This document shows, piece after piece, positions 25,134 through 37,500 of a stretch of DNA of 64,000 bases. Source of the DNA: Monocercomonoides exilis PA203 (Eukaryota > Protista > Preaxostyla); NCBI GenBank assembly GCA_001643675.2, contig LSRY02000016.1, forward strand, positions 1,240,001 to 1,304,000, written 5' to 3'. The position numbers were made by a program, and so were the translations under genes. The notes below the pieces were generated by a model that saw nothing but the letters and a program-made list of their open reading frames with translations, ran no database searches and was not told the DNA's origin. Position 1 is the stretch's first letter, and every line of letters starts with the position of its first letter.

Positions 25134-25720
25134 AAAATCTATTTCACAAATTTTTCAGAAAAACATGTTCATTCATTGTTGTTGCATGTAAATATGAGTA
25201 ACTTTGAGACAATTGACAGACAAAATTGCTTTCCTGATTGACCGAGAGATAGTTTTCATGTTAGAACCTCAATTTTGAATATGATATTTAAAAATACAAA
25301 TATCATTTAATGTCAATACAAATTAGTGAGGTTGGGAAAAAAAAATCGTTTATCAAAAAGGACGTTGAGAAATAATCAAATTTGAAATATATTAATCAAA
25401 AGACCTTCAGTGAAGTCAGCGAAGTCAGTTTCTGTCAATGGAGTTAGTGTTCTGCAAGGATGTAAGTTTTTATTAATTCATGAAACAAAGAAAAGTTCGA
25501 AGAATAAAATAAAATGAATATATAAATCAAATTTGAAGTGTATAACTAAATGTCCAAAAATCTGAGAAAATAAATATTTTTCTAAATACCTTTTCTGACG
25601 ACGATATTAAATTACTGACGGACGTGACAAAGATTTTTTGATCTGCAACATATGTTTAGTTGCATGTCACCCTGGGTGATGTGAAGAAAATAATTCGTAA
25701 CGTCCGTAACCAATTTTCCA

Positions 25721-25767
<47 letters not shown>

Positions 25768-25957
25768 CCATATTCAACAAGATGGGCTTTTTTTGTTTCA
25801 TTATAGTTGTTGATGTGAACGTACCATTCTAAATTCTTTTCAAAATCTTGAAAAAGCTTATAATAATCAGCAACATATGATTTCTAATCAGGAACAAAAG
25901 ACATGAGTGAAGAAATTAACAATTAATTATCGTATGCTTTTTTCTTATAATTCTTAT

Positions 25958-26216
25958 ATGGGTGATTATTTTTAAAATCATAACTTTTTTTGGGATGAAG
26001 ATTTTTCTAAGATTGTTTTCATTTGGGAAGAAATTTTCCATCCAAGTGCTTAAATAATCACAACTGTTTCAAAAACAAATGCATGATCTGAAATATTTAT
26101 TAAGAGGTCTTGAATATGCCTGTTCACTTTTCAATGTTCATTTGTAAACATTTAAAAGAAATTTTCGAACCGAAATTTTCGAAAGAAAAAATATGAGTTC
26201 AAAAATAATCACCCAT
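25958..26216. repeat. MITE-like element with terminal inverted repeats
   Basis: ATGGGTGATTATTTTT (25958-25973) and its exact reverse complement (26201-26216), extending imperfectly to ~30 bp. No ORF inside. Confidence 0.55.
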
Positions 26217-26226
26217 TTGAAGGAAA

Positions 26227-26396
26227 ATACGGACTTTCAAGCTTTTTTTGCACATTTCATGGAAAAATTGTTTCATTCATAACTTTATTTTTTTTTCTCA
26301 GAATTCAAAATAAATCTGATTTTCATATCTGTAAACAGGCATCGTTGAAATCAAAACGTTAAGTTTTCCAACATTTCACGAATGTCAAAAAATGGA
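26227..26396. repeat. Dispersed non-coding repeat, copy A (inverted partner at 48415-48584)
   Basis: The reverse complement matches 48415-48584 over ~170 bp. Shared blocks: CATTCGTGAAATGTTGGAAAACTT, GATATGAAAAT, AAAAGCTTGAAAGTCCGTAT. Confidence 0.8.
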
Positions 26397-26890
26397 CCCA
26401 ATTTTATTGTGTTTTTTGAACTCAAAAGTGAATGAAAAATGCATAATTTTTCAATGAAAATGCCTGAAGAAAAATATTTTGCCCCATATTTTAAAAGACG
26501 CATCTTTGAATTTGATGGAATGATATGTTTTGTTTGTGAAATGAACAAAAAAATACTTTATTTATTCTGAATAGCAAATACTCGCTCAAAAATGAATGAA
26601 TACTGTTTCCTGGTGAATGATCAATTTCAAATTGTTATGAAATTTGATAATTTGATATTTTTTTGAGTCATGAAAAAGGCCAGAAAATTATCAAAGAGTT
26701 TGAATGATTTCAAAAATAATGATTCAAGTTAATTGAAAAGATTTGAATGTGAAAAATTTTATTTTTTTACAAATTTAAAAATTATTTCACAGAAAAAATC
26801 GGGAACCAACATGTAACATTTGAACATATTATTGAATCATTTTCGCTTTCAATAGACTTGATACAAAAGTTGCTGATAGCAAAAGAGAAA

Positions 26891-26948
<58 letters not shown>

Positions 26949-27089
26949 TTTGACTTGCTTTTGTTGCATAAAAAAACAAATTTTGTTGTTCATCAAAAAA
27001 AGTGTTTCAAGCCTTTAAGGCGAATTTTTTTTTAGAAAATGAATAGAATAAACAATTTGAGAAAAAAACATTAAATGAGTTTCATTTTC

Positions 27090-28420
27090 TCAAACATTCA
27101 CAAAATAATCAAAAATATTCAACGATAATCCATCACAGAATTGTTCTTTCAAAAAGTCAAAGATTTTACGAATACTCTCAATGCAATCTTCATATCCCTC
27201 TTCTTCCATCTTTTCAAATATCTTTCTTTTGATTGCCTTTCTTTTTTCTTCTTCGGGTTTATCAACCTCCTTTTCTTTCAATTTTCTTGAAATATTCTTT
27301 AAGAATTGCAAGCTTTCAAACATAATTCCATCTTTCAAAGAAGGTTGTTTCATTTCCTCTGAAATCAGATCAACTACACCTTCATTCAGCAAAACATCAA
27401 TTTTCATAATAACATTTTCCGCTGCTCTTTTAAATAAATAAATGCATTGGTTGCTAATTCTTTTGCGATTATCCCTGGATGCTTGAAACACACTCACAAC
27501 GCTGCCTATAACACCAGCTAGTTCTTCGTTCCACAACCTGCACGAGTATAAGAAATAGTACATTGCATCTAGCCACCTCCAGATAACAAGCTCTTCCCTC
27601 CTTTCTTTTCCTCTTTCCTCTTCTTCCTCTGCTTTCTCTCTTTTCCAATCCACACACTTTGAAAGCTCTTCCAGCTCTCCTGATGCCTCTCTTCCAAAAT
27701 GCAGTTCATTCATAATCATATCTTCCAAACGTTTGTCTTTGAATAATCGGTTTATTAAAAACTGCCAAGCAGACTGATAGGCAAGGCGAGTGAGATTATG
27801 ATGCTCCTGATGATATTGTATGATCTCTTTGATAGCACCCAAATACAGTTCCTGTTCAACAACCTAATAAAAAAGAAAGGAAAAAAATCAACAATACAAC
27901 AACAACAACAAAAAGAAATGCTCATACGCAACATCGAACATTGCTCAAAGCCAGCAAAGCCATCTCCAATTCTTCTTGAATATCCTCGTGTCTCTCCTTG
28001 TTTGATGCAACTTTCAGAAGACAAGGCACACAAATTGAAAGACATTCGGATGAGAAATCATTGCTTAAAGAAATATAGCATTCACAAAGATCAATCAGCA
28101 GTTTTTCATTCTTTCCTTCTTTTTTCATTTTCATTTCTTCTTCAACTATCTTATTCTCGAATAATTCGATCAATGAAGATTTCTCGAAGCAATTAATCCA
28201 AATCCCTTTCAGCGCTTTACAAAATCCAATATGCTTCAACAGCAGAATTGAATTTTCCATTGAAATTTTCTTTTCTTCAATCATTTTGTGAATTTCATTG
28301 AACATTTCTTCTGAAAAAAACAGGTTCCAATTCTTCTTCCTCCATTTCATCCATAAATTCATTCATTTCTTCAATTTTTTGTTTCTGTTCGGCTCTAGTG
28401 AATTGTTCCAACTGCGAAAG
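27090..28420 (-). pseudogene. Multicopy helical family, copy 2, with a 1-nt frameshift in a homopolymer (~28314-28320)
   Basis: Phase-0 intron at 27864-27927, in the same position as in the other copies. The run encoding VFSE has 7 bases versus 6 in copy 1, which shifts the upstream EEMNEFMDEM segment out of frame. May be an assembly error. Confidence 0.7.
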
Positions 28421-28587
28421 TTTCGCTAAAAAAAGTTAAAAATCAAAAAAGAAAAAAGTGTACATTTATTTATTTAACCATTCGTTTTTTATAATATTTT
28501 GCACACCCAGAAACGTTTGTGTTTTTGAAGGTGACTGCAAAATCGCAAATTGAATCCAAAACAATTAACAAATACATTTTCGAAATA

Positions 28588-29597
28588 GGGCTATAATTTT
28601 ATCTTGACCTTTTTTCTTTATCTTGACCTTTTTCTTTTTTGTCATGCTTTCAGCTTTACACAAGCCTGCGATAAATAAAAAATAATCAGAAATGTTTGAA
28701 ATGTTTTAACTTCCTTATTCTGTATTTTTTTTTCAATATTTCATGTTTTTCAAAAAGATCGAGGATTATAATAATTTTATGTTTTGATCATTGACTTGCT
28801 GCTTTTCCAGCAAATATTTTTGACAGGAAGTTTTAAGCTTCAATAACATTATCCATTATTTCTTTTTAATATGTTTTAGTTGTTTTTAACTTTCTCAACT
28901 TGTTTTTTTAACATTTTTTCTCATTTCACACATTTTTTCAAAAAACACAATTTCAGAGATATGTATTCATTTGTTTTAAAATTTAATGAAATGAAATAAA
29001 AAGAAATTTGAAATGAAATGATATCTCAAAGAAAAAACAACAAAATATTTGCATATGACGAACAATTTTCAGATCAAAAAATTTATATGTTCGATCATTT
29101 CACTTCAAATTCTTGTTCAATTCTTTTTCATTTCAAAATTAAATAAAAATATACAATAAATAACACTTTATTTTTATTTTTTATGTGCTTAAAAATTAAC
29201 ACAAATTCATATTTGTTCCGAAAATTGTGTTTTAAGCAAAAACAGTGAAATGAGAAAAAAAGGTTAAAAATTATATCGAAAAAGTTAAAAACAAGTAAAA
29301 ATAATAATATAGAAATGTGGAATGATGATGCTGTGGCTTAAAACGATCGGTATGAAATATTGGCTTCACAGCCAGCAAGTCTTTGATCTGGGTCCTAAAA
29401 TAATAAAAATAATAACAATTTTTCTATTAAAAAAATTTCAAAAATTTTTTTCTACAGAATTCTGAAAAACAAAAATATCAAGAAGTCTATTTATTTTGTT
29501 TTTGTTTTTAGCCTTTTCACAAATCAAAAAAGCAAAAATAAGTTACAAAAAAACAAGGTTGAGATAAAATTTTGAGGTCAAGATAAAATATGCACCC
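28588..29597. mobile_element. ~1-kb foldback/palindromic non-autonomous DNA transposon-like element
   Basis: Ends GGG...ATTTTATCTTGACCT and AGGTCAAGATAAAAT...CCC, flanked by TA on both sides. The subterminal TTTATCTTGACCT motif is duplicated. Internal arms are also complementary (28840-28970 vs 29190-29330; ~29000-29021 vs ~29095-29115). Confidence 0.7.
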
Positions 29598-31554
29598 TAT
29601 TCATGGTGCAAAAAAAAAAAATAATAGAATTAAAAACACCAAATCAAAATTTTTTTTAATAATACAGTATTCGAAACCTCTTTCGGCATCATGTTTTTCA
29701 CCTCAAAACAAGCAAATCTTTGTGTTAAAAAATCTTGTTTTTGAACAAATAAATAAGGGAGACCATCCTATAGTTTTTAAAATGAAGATTTTTAATTGAT
29801 GTATTGCTACAGCCAGAGCATATTTTAGCTGTTTGAGGACGTAGGCACAGATGCACCCATGTGAGTTAAAGCACTTCAGAAGAGCAGGGATTTTACCGAC
29901 AGATGGAGGATCGAGTGGCTGTTTTCCAATATTGCTTGCGAAAAGTGAATTGGTGGAGGAAAATTGTATGAGATTTGAACTTAGCTGTATATTGCAAAAC
30001 ATATGATAAGACATCAGCTATGATAATTTGAATGAAAAATGAATAAAGCATGATACAAAAAAAGCGATTAAAATGCTAGAAAGATTGAATTGAACCGCTT
30101 TGTCATTTCAGGGAAGTGCAGTGTACTTGGCATATCATTTGAGCAGAACATATTATCAGTATTTTTTGGAGGAAGATTGGTTTTATGGAAAAGGAAAGGG
30201 AATTGAAGGGTTGGACAATGGAGGAAGCGAACAGAACGAAGCACTCAGCAGGCCTCAACAACAATTTCATTTGAATTCTTCTTGAATCCGGTTGGAAAGC
30301 TATCAGCAAAGGCATGACGTTGAATAAGTCTTTGAAAAGGAGTTAATTTGGAGAATATGTGTTTTCATCTGATATCATGATTGGTTTCACAATGGATTCT
30401 AAGAACAAGAAAACCAGTTTGACAGACAATTACCAATCCCTTGGAGATGGGAAAATAATTCAAGGCCAAAAAGAAGGCTTGGATTTTTTTGTTTCATTCG
30501 TTTTTCTTAAATGGCGTTCTTTCAGTGAATGCAGATTGATCATGAACAGGAATGCCATGGAGAGAAACCTTTTTATCCTTTTTCAAAAGAACCAGAAGTT
30601 TTGAGATATAATTGTTTGCATTGCATTCAATGATGATATTCGTGACTTCAGCCATCAATTTTGCATGTTGCATAGCCTGACAATGCTAGACTTGAGCTTG
30701 AAAGAGAGAAAAAGCAGTTTGTTTGGCTTATTTGTTGGGGGTGTTTGGTAGAAGTGACTCTTTTGTTGAACTGACGAGCTGGATGAGCATTCTCATTCAG
30801 AATACATTCATTTTTTTCTATTTCCCGGCATGACTTGGAAAAGCTTATATCTTCTATTTTTCTTCACCTTCTTCTCCTTCCTCTCCCTTCCTTATCTTTC
30901 TCAACAGTCTCACTTCAACAAAAGATGTTCATTGCCAGAATCGATTCATAAATCACATAATCAAAAAATTCCTTTTCTTCTTCTTTTTGAATTTGAAATT
31001 ATTGCCATTGAAGTCAACTTCTTCAATCATCAACGTCTTCTTCAATTTCGAATTCTTCTTTGCCCATACCTTCATCAGATGTTTCGTTCGTTTGAAATAT
31101 GAACGCCAACGGACAAACATAATTTTCTTTTTGTGAAGGAAAAGCAGTACAACCACACAAAGGCAGTTTATTATTTGTGGACTTCCATCTTCGTCTGTTT
31201 GTATCTCTTTCCATTTCACATATTCAGTGATTATGATTGTTTATTTTATCTGAAATCAACTCATCGAATGATATATTTTTTATCAATCGACATCACTCAA
31301 GTCATCATCAACATCTTTATAAAACGGATTGGATTCGTTTCACAATTTTCAATCACCACACATTTTTCCTCTTCTTCTTTTTCTTCTTTTTCTTCGTCGT
31401 CATTATCGAAACATGCAATTCCCGCAACAAATGCATCGAAAGCGGATGAGCATTGCACCAAGAATCGCATGTGGATTGTTGAGCTGAAAGTAGCTGGGTT
31501 GTATCTGCTGCTTCTATCGTAGTGGGATTATGTTGTGGAGAGATGGGTGGTGCT

Positions 31555-31832
31555 GTGTGTGGGAGTTGTGTGTGTATGTATGTATGTGTATGTGTATGTG
31601 TTTGTGTTTGTGTGCGTGTGTGCGCGATATGGTGCTTTCAGCGATGCTTTCTGTTTCGCTGGAAGCTCTTCTTCCGTTTCTTGTGGTGTAACTGGGAAAG
31701 AAGTCGGAGAGCAAGTGAATCTTTGTAGAGGGCAGACGTGAATGTGTTTCCTTCGATGCTTTGATGTATTTGATATTTTGCTACTGCAGTAGAAGATTGT
31801 GCTGCTTGTGTATCTATCTATCTATCTATCTA

Positions 31833-31887
<55 letters not shown>

Positions 31888-31902
31888 TCTTTCTTTCTTT
31901 CT

Positions 31903-31930
<28 letters not shown>
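31555..31930. repeat. Compound microsatellites (TG/TATG)n, (TATC)n, (TC)n, (TTTC)n
   Basis: Seen directly. Confidence 0.9.
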
Positions 31931-31935
<5 letters not shown>

Positions 31936-32951
31936 GTCGGGGTGTATTTTGGTGATGAAGTTTGATGAAGGAGAAGGAGAGGAGTGTATCAAATAACCAA
32001 CTCAGGGAATTCATTTCAATTTGCTGCGAAAGGATTGAATTGAAGGCGAGAACACAAGAAGAAGAATAACACATGCTTCATTTTGCTGTTTTCATCTTTA
32101 TTTTTTCAACAATTGGTTTTTTATTTCGCAATTAATCTGTTGTCTGTTTCTTTCTTTCTTTTTATCTTCATCGACAATCATATTTTGATGTATTCGAAGC
32201 GATTTCAGACTTTTCTGGGGAAACATTTCAGTTGTTTCAAATGCATTTCACAGAATCATATGTGATTCGACAGCAAGGAAGAAAATTCTGTGTTTTGCTG
32301 TGCCACTTCATTTGCTGTGCCTGCTCACTTATTCGAGAAGCATTTATTCATTCTGCTTCTCTGCAAAAATATAATTTGTTTTTTCGTTTTTCATGCACGA
32401 ACAAGATCATAATTTTATCTATTTGAGTCGGTACAAGAAATTAACTTTTGAGCATCTTTTTAAATATTATCCTTTTCGTTTTGTCAATCTTTCTCTGAAT
32501 TCATTTATTGACTTCGAATTTCAAGAAAAAAACAATAATACACTCATTTTCGTTCGCTCCAAATAACTTCTGATGCTTCTCTTTCATTAACTCCATGTCT
32601 GATCCATCACTAACTTCATGATGTTTTGTTATTCAAGAAAAAGTCAAAAAGATGAATGAAAATAATATAAAGGCAAATTGATCAATGTTTTCTTTTTTTT
32701 CCAATTATTTCCAAAGCGCACATGACGCAAACGTTGCTTCCGTTTTGACTTCCAAAGAAAACACATCGTTTGTGCTTATTGGTTTTCCTTCTTTTTGAAG
32801 CGCTTTGCCTGTTAAATTGAACATGCCGTTTTGGCAATTAGAATGAAAATGGGCTTTGATAATAAGATCGAAGATGGAATCCAAGAATCACAGATTGCGT
32901 CTAAGTTTTTGCGTTTGTTCACCTTCCCATTTGATTTAACTGTTGTGATAT

Positions 32952-34309
32952 TTGGTGTATTGTTATGAATTTTTTAAAAAAATTCTTTCAGAATTGTTTT
33001 CTGAGCTGGAAGATTGCATCGAAGATGAGCAAAAGCAGAAAATAAAAGAGATGAATGAAGTAATGGAACAGATGGATAAAGATGAATTAAAATCAGTTTT
33101 TTCAGATGAACAATTCCATAAAATTCACCAAATGATCGAAGAAAAGAAAATTTCAGTGGAAAATGCCATTCTGGTGTTGAAACACATGGGATATTTGAAA
33201 ATACTGAAAAGCATTAGCATCTTAGGGTATAGTGTAATCATATTGCACGCTCAGTTAGAGACAATGATTGAAAAAATAGAGAAGAAAAAAAAAGAAAAGC
33301 ATGGAATGCTGCTGATTGATCTTTGCGAATGCTGTCTTTTGCTAAGAGAAGGAATTTTTCCAAAACTGATTCCGATCTGTGTACCTTGCCTTTTGAAAGT
33401 GGCATTGAAGAAAGAGGAAAATGAAAAAACTCAAAAGGAAGTGGAAACGGCTTTGTTGGCATTGAGTTGCATTAATGAATATGATGTATGAACATTTTTA
33501 TTTCCCTTTTGATAATATTGTTTTTTCCCTTGTTTTTTTGCAAGAGAATAAAAAAAAAGCTGTATTTAAATGAGATCAAGGAACTAATCCAATATCATCA
33601 GAAACATCACAATCTGACACATTTTGCCTATCAATCTGTTTGGGGTTTTTTGATATGCAGGCTTTATTATGAAAGAAGTTTGGAAGATGTGATTGTGAAT
33701 GAGATACATTTTGGAAGAGAAGCAGCAAGAGAACTGGAAGAGCTGACAAGAAATGTGAATTGGAAGAGAAAAGAAGTGGAACGAGGAAAAGAAACGAGAG
33801 AAGAGTTTATTTTGATGAGATGGCTCGAAACATTTGCGATGTATTTCCTCAGATGCAAATTAGAGAATAAAGAATGTGTTGGGCTTATCAACAGTCTTGT
33901 TCAGTTGTTTCGGGCAGCAAAGGATAATCACAGGGAAATTCGCTTTCAGTGCATTTATTCCTTGAGAAATGCAGCAGAAAGGAGAGTTGTGAAAATTGAT
34001 GATTTGTTGAAAAGTGGTGCTATTGATGCTATTTTGGAGGATATGCAACGACGAACAGTGGATGGTATAATGTTATTTGATTGCTTGCAAATCTTTACGA
34101 ACGTTTCGGAAAGATTAAAAGAAGAGGAGATAGATGAAAAGGAAGAAGAGGAAAGAAAATCAACAAAAATGGAGATATTTGAAAAGCTGGAGGAAGAAGG
34201 ATATGAAGATTGTATCGAGAGTTTTCAAAAGATCTTTGATTTTTTGAACAAACGCTGTTGGCAAAATACTTTATCGTTGAATATATATGATTATTTTGTG
34301 AATGTTTGA
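32952..34309 (+). CDS. Multicopy helical family, copy 3
   Basis: ORFs 32952-33491 and 33488-34309 are joined in frame by intron 33486-33544 (GTATGA...AAG). Ends in DYFVNV like copy 2. A small upstream exon is possible. Confidence 0.8.
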
Positions 34310-34591
34310 GTGAATTCATTGAATTTTGGACCTCTATTTTTTTTTTTTTTTCTTTTCTTTTCATCATTCATTTTTTTAATTCTGATTCTAATTCAATTTA
34401 TCTGCTTCACTCATCACAGATTTTCGCAAAATGACAATAAATAACTATTTGATAATGTTTATGTTTTCCTATATTTTATATTTTTTATGAGTTATATTCA
34501 TCAATTTGAAAAACCAATGCATAATGAAATTAAAATAAAATTTATGTTTTGATCCATCACTTTTTTATTTTTTTTATAATTGTTTTATGAA

Positions 34592-37500
34592 ATGAACGAT
34601 ACAATAGAGCCCCTTACCAAAGAAAAATCAGCTGAACTTAGTGAAGAAATTGTGAGAAATCAAGAATTTGCATCTTCCTCGTCTTCTCTTCCCGAAGTTT
34701 GTGAGACAAGCGTGATCGAATTAAAGCTGAATGGTGATGCTACACAATCAGAAACCCAAGCAATACAAACTTATACGCATGGGAGATCAAAAGAATCAAA
34801 AGAGTATAAACGCAAGAAGAACAAAGAGGAAGAACATCCATGCTTTCTGAATTTGTTTTTCTGCTTTATGTTCCCGTTTATTTGCCGTCGTACAGCGCTC
34901 ACTGAAAGAGACATACATGCAGTAGATACTCACGATAAAACAAAAGATACAACAAAGAAATTTTTCATTGTTTGGAAGGCTCGCCTTGAAGAGTATTTGA
35001 AGGAAAACCATTTTCATGAGAGAGATGAATCTGCAAATTCAAAGTACGTTCACAACCATTGTATTCACTTGAAAATAATGTTTTCTCTCTTCGTGCTTTT
35101 ATGCAAATGTTCTTTAGAAAAGTTCAGAAAAAAAGGAAACTTCCATCAATTTCAATTCCTCTTGTTAAGGCGCTGATGACTCCACAAATTATTTTGGGGC
35201 TTTTGATGATGCTTCTTTCGTTTGATTTATTATATTGGCTGCTTGCTATATTTTTATATTTTCTCATCAATTGATGCGCTTTCGCTGTTATTCGTGATTT
35301 TTCAGAACCGGAGTAACTCTGGCACAACCACGGATGATGAAAACAGTTCTGAAAGCAGTGACAACGAAGATATTATACACCAATTCCGATGGACGTTTTG
35401 GCGAAAGCACGTTTCCATATGCAGCCAGCGTGATACTGATTCTGTGTCCGTTTGGCAATGCACTTTTGGAGACATTTGGGAAGAGGATTATATTCCATTT
35501 TGCGAGCCAGGTACGCGCGGCGTTTGCTGGGGCCATTTACGAGAAGACGCTGCAGCTGAACATCACAGCACAGAGCAGCACCGACAGCGGGCACCTTCTG
35601 ACGCTGATATCGTCGGACTCGCGAAACGTGGCAGAGCTGGTGCCGACGCTTCTGCAGCTCTTTTGGATTCCGATCCAGTTTTTTGTTCCGTTCGGGTTTT
35701 TGATGTTCGATTTTGGAGCATCCACGTTTGTCACTTTTGGCGTTGTGATTGTTTTGCTCCCTGTTGAGGTTTGTGTCTTATAGAACTAATGGACCAATAA
35801 TATTGTGTTCTTATTTTGTTCTGTTCTTTCATGTTTTGCCTGGCGAATGTGCTTGTGGAATCTGGCAGGCGATGATTGCGAATGCGATGGCGAGGAGGAT
35901 GAAAGAGTACCTGAGTCTGAACGATGCGAGGAACAAGGTGACGAACGAGACGCTGCAGGCGATGCGAGTGGTGAAGTTCACAGGGCTGGAAGATGTGTTC
36001 ATACAGAAGATAAATGTTCCGAGAATGCAGCAGACGGAGAAAGCCGAGGCGCAGATGAAGCTGATGCAGGTTCTGAACGCGTTTTTGAGGGTGACGCCTC
36101 AGCTGGTGAATGTTTCGACGTTTTCGGTCTTCATCTACACGCAGCACATTCCGCAGGAGATGTTTGCAGCGAGCGTGATTTCGAACCTGATGTATCTGAT
36201 GCTGATGACGCAGCCAGCCACTACGCTTCCCACAGTGTTGCAGTCGGTGGGGATGATGAAGGTGTCGGCAAACAGAATTAGGGATTTTTTGCTTCTGCCG
36301 GAGGTCAAAGTTGAGAAGAGGAAGAAGCCTGAAGATGACGGGGTGGCGCTCAAAATCATCGACGGGGCATTCAAATGGGGCGATCCGCCGGAGATCCCGC
36401 TGTCGATGGCAGAGCAAACAAAGCTGAAGAAGAAGCTCAGCGAAATGAGAAGGAAGGAAGCAAAGGAAGCAAAGGAAGCTGAGGAAGCAAAGAAAGCGGA
36501 TAAAGTGGAGGAGGTTAAAGGGAAAGCAAACGAAAATGAAACAGAGAAAATAGAAATAGAAGCGAAACCTGAAGACGTGAGAGCTGGCAATCTTAATCTT
36601 CTTGCGCCTTCTTCTTCTTCTTCTTCTTCCTCTTCCTCTTCCTCTTCCTCTTCCTCTTCCTCTTCCTCTTCCTCTTCGTCCTTCTCAACTTCAACTTCGC
36701 CAATAAGCCAACAAACAACGTATCAACCATCCACACCACAAGAAAATATCACATTTTCAACAAACAAGGAGTCACTTTTTTCAGAAGCAAACACGCAACC
36801 AGAAACAAATACAAACAATACAAAAGAAGAAAGCCATTCATTGGGGAAAAAAGCAAGCATCGATGCAGAAAAATCTGCTGAAGAATCTACTGCTTCATCT
36901 TCTAAACTTAGCTACAAGCCAAACATTTCAACATCTGAATCTAATTGCACGTCTCAGTTGCAAGTCTCCAATGTTTCTTCTTCATCTGACGAAAAGCATC
37001 AATCTTCTTCCAATGCTCCTTCTTCTCTTTTTCAGCCTCATTTGCCTTCTTCTCCGGTTCAAACTCAATTTCCTCGCGATTCATTCGAAAATAACATGCC
37101 TTTTCTCAGAGATATCAACATTGCTCTCCAAAAGGGAACGCTAACGATGGTTGTTGGAGGAGTAGGGTCGGGAAAATCGTCGCTAGGCGCGTGCATCATT
37201 GGCGATATGGAGAAAGTCAGGGGAGAAATCGAAGTAGCAGGGCGGATTTCGTATTGTGCGCAGTCGGCATGGATGAACAACAACTCGATGAGAGGTAACA
37301 TTGTGCTTGGGGCAGAGTACAACGAGCAGAAGTACAGAGAGGCAGTGCGTGTGTGTGCGCTGGAGGCAGACATCAGAACGCTTTCTGCGGGCGACCAGAC
37401 AGAAATCGGGGAGAAGGGGGTGAATCTGAGCGGCGGGCAAAAAGCTCGCATTCAGCTGGCAAGGGCGGTGTATTCTGATAGAGACATCTTCATTCTGGAT

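Noticed and set aside
25667-25679. TCACCC-T-GGGTGA mini-palindrome as a Helitron 3' hairpin
   Set aside because: Too short, and no CTRR terminus at the expected distance.
26893-26946. Poly(T) run as the poly(A) tail of a retrocopied family gene
   Set aside because: The gene keeps its intron, the analogous run near copy 1 has the opposite polarity, and long A/T runs are common in this window.
29700-31500. Possible second transposon or enzyme remnant
   Set aside because: Only short ORFs, with no recognisable RT, YR or transposase motifs. Needs a frameshift-aware search.
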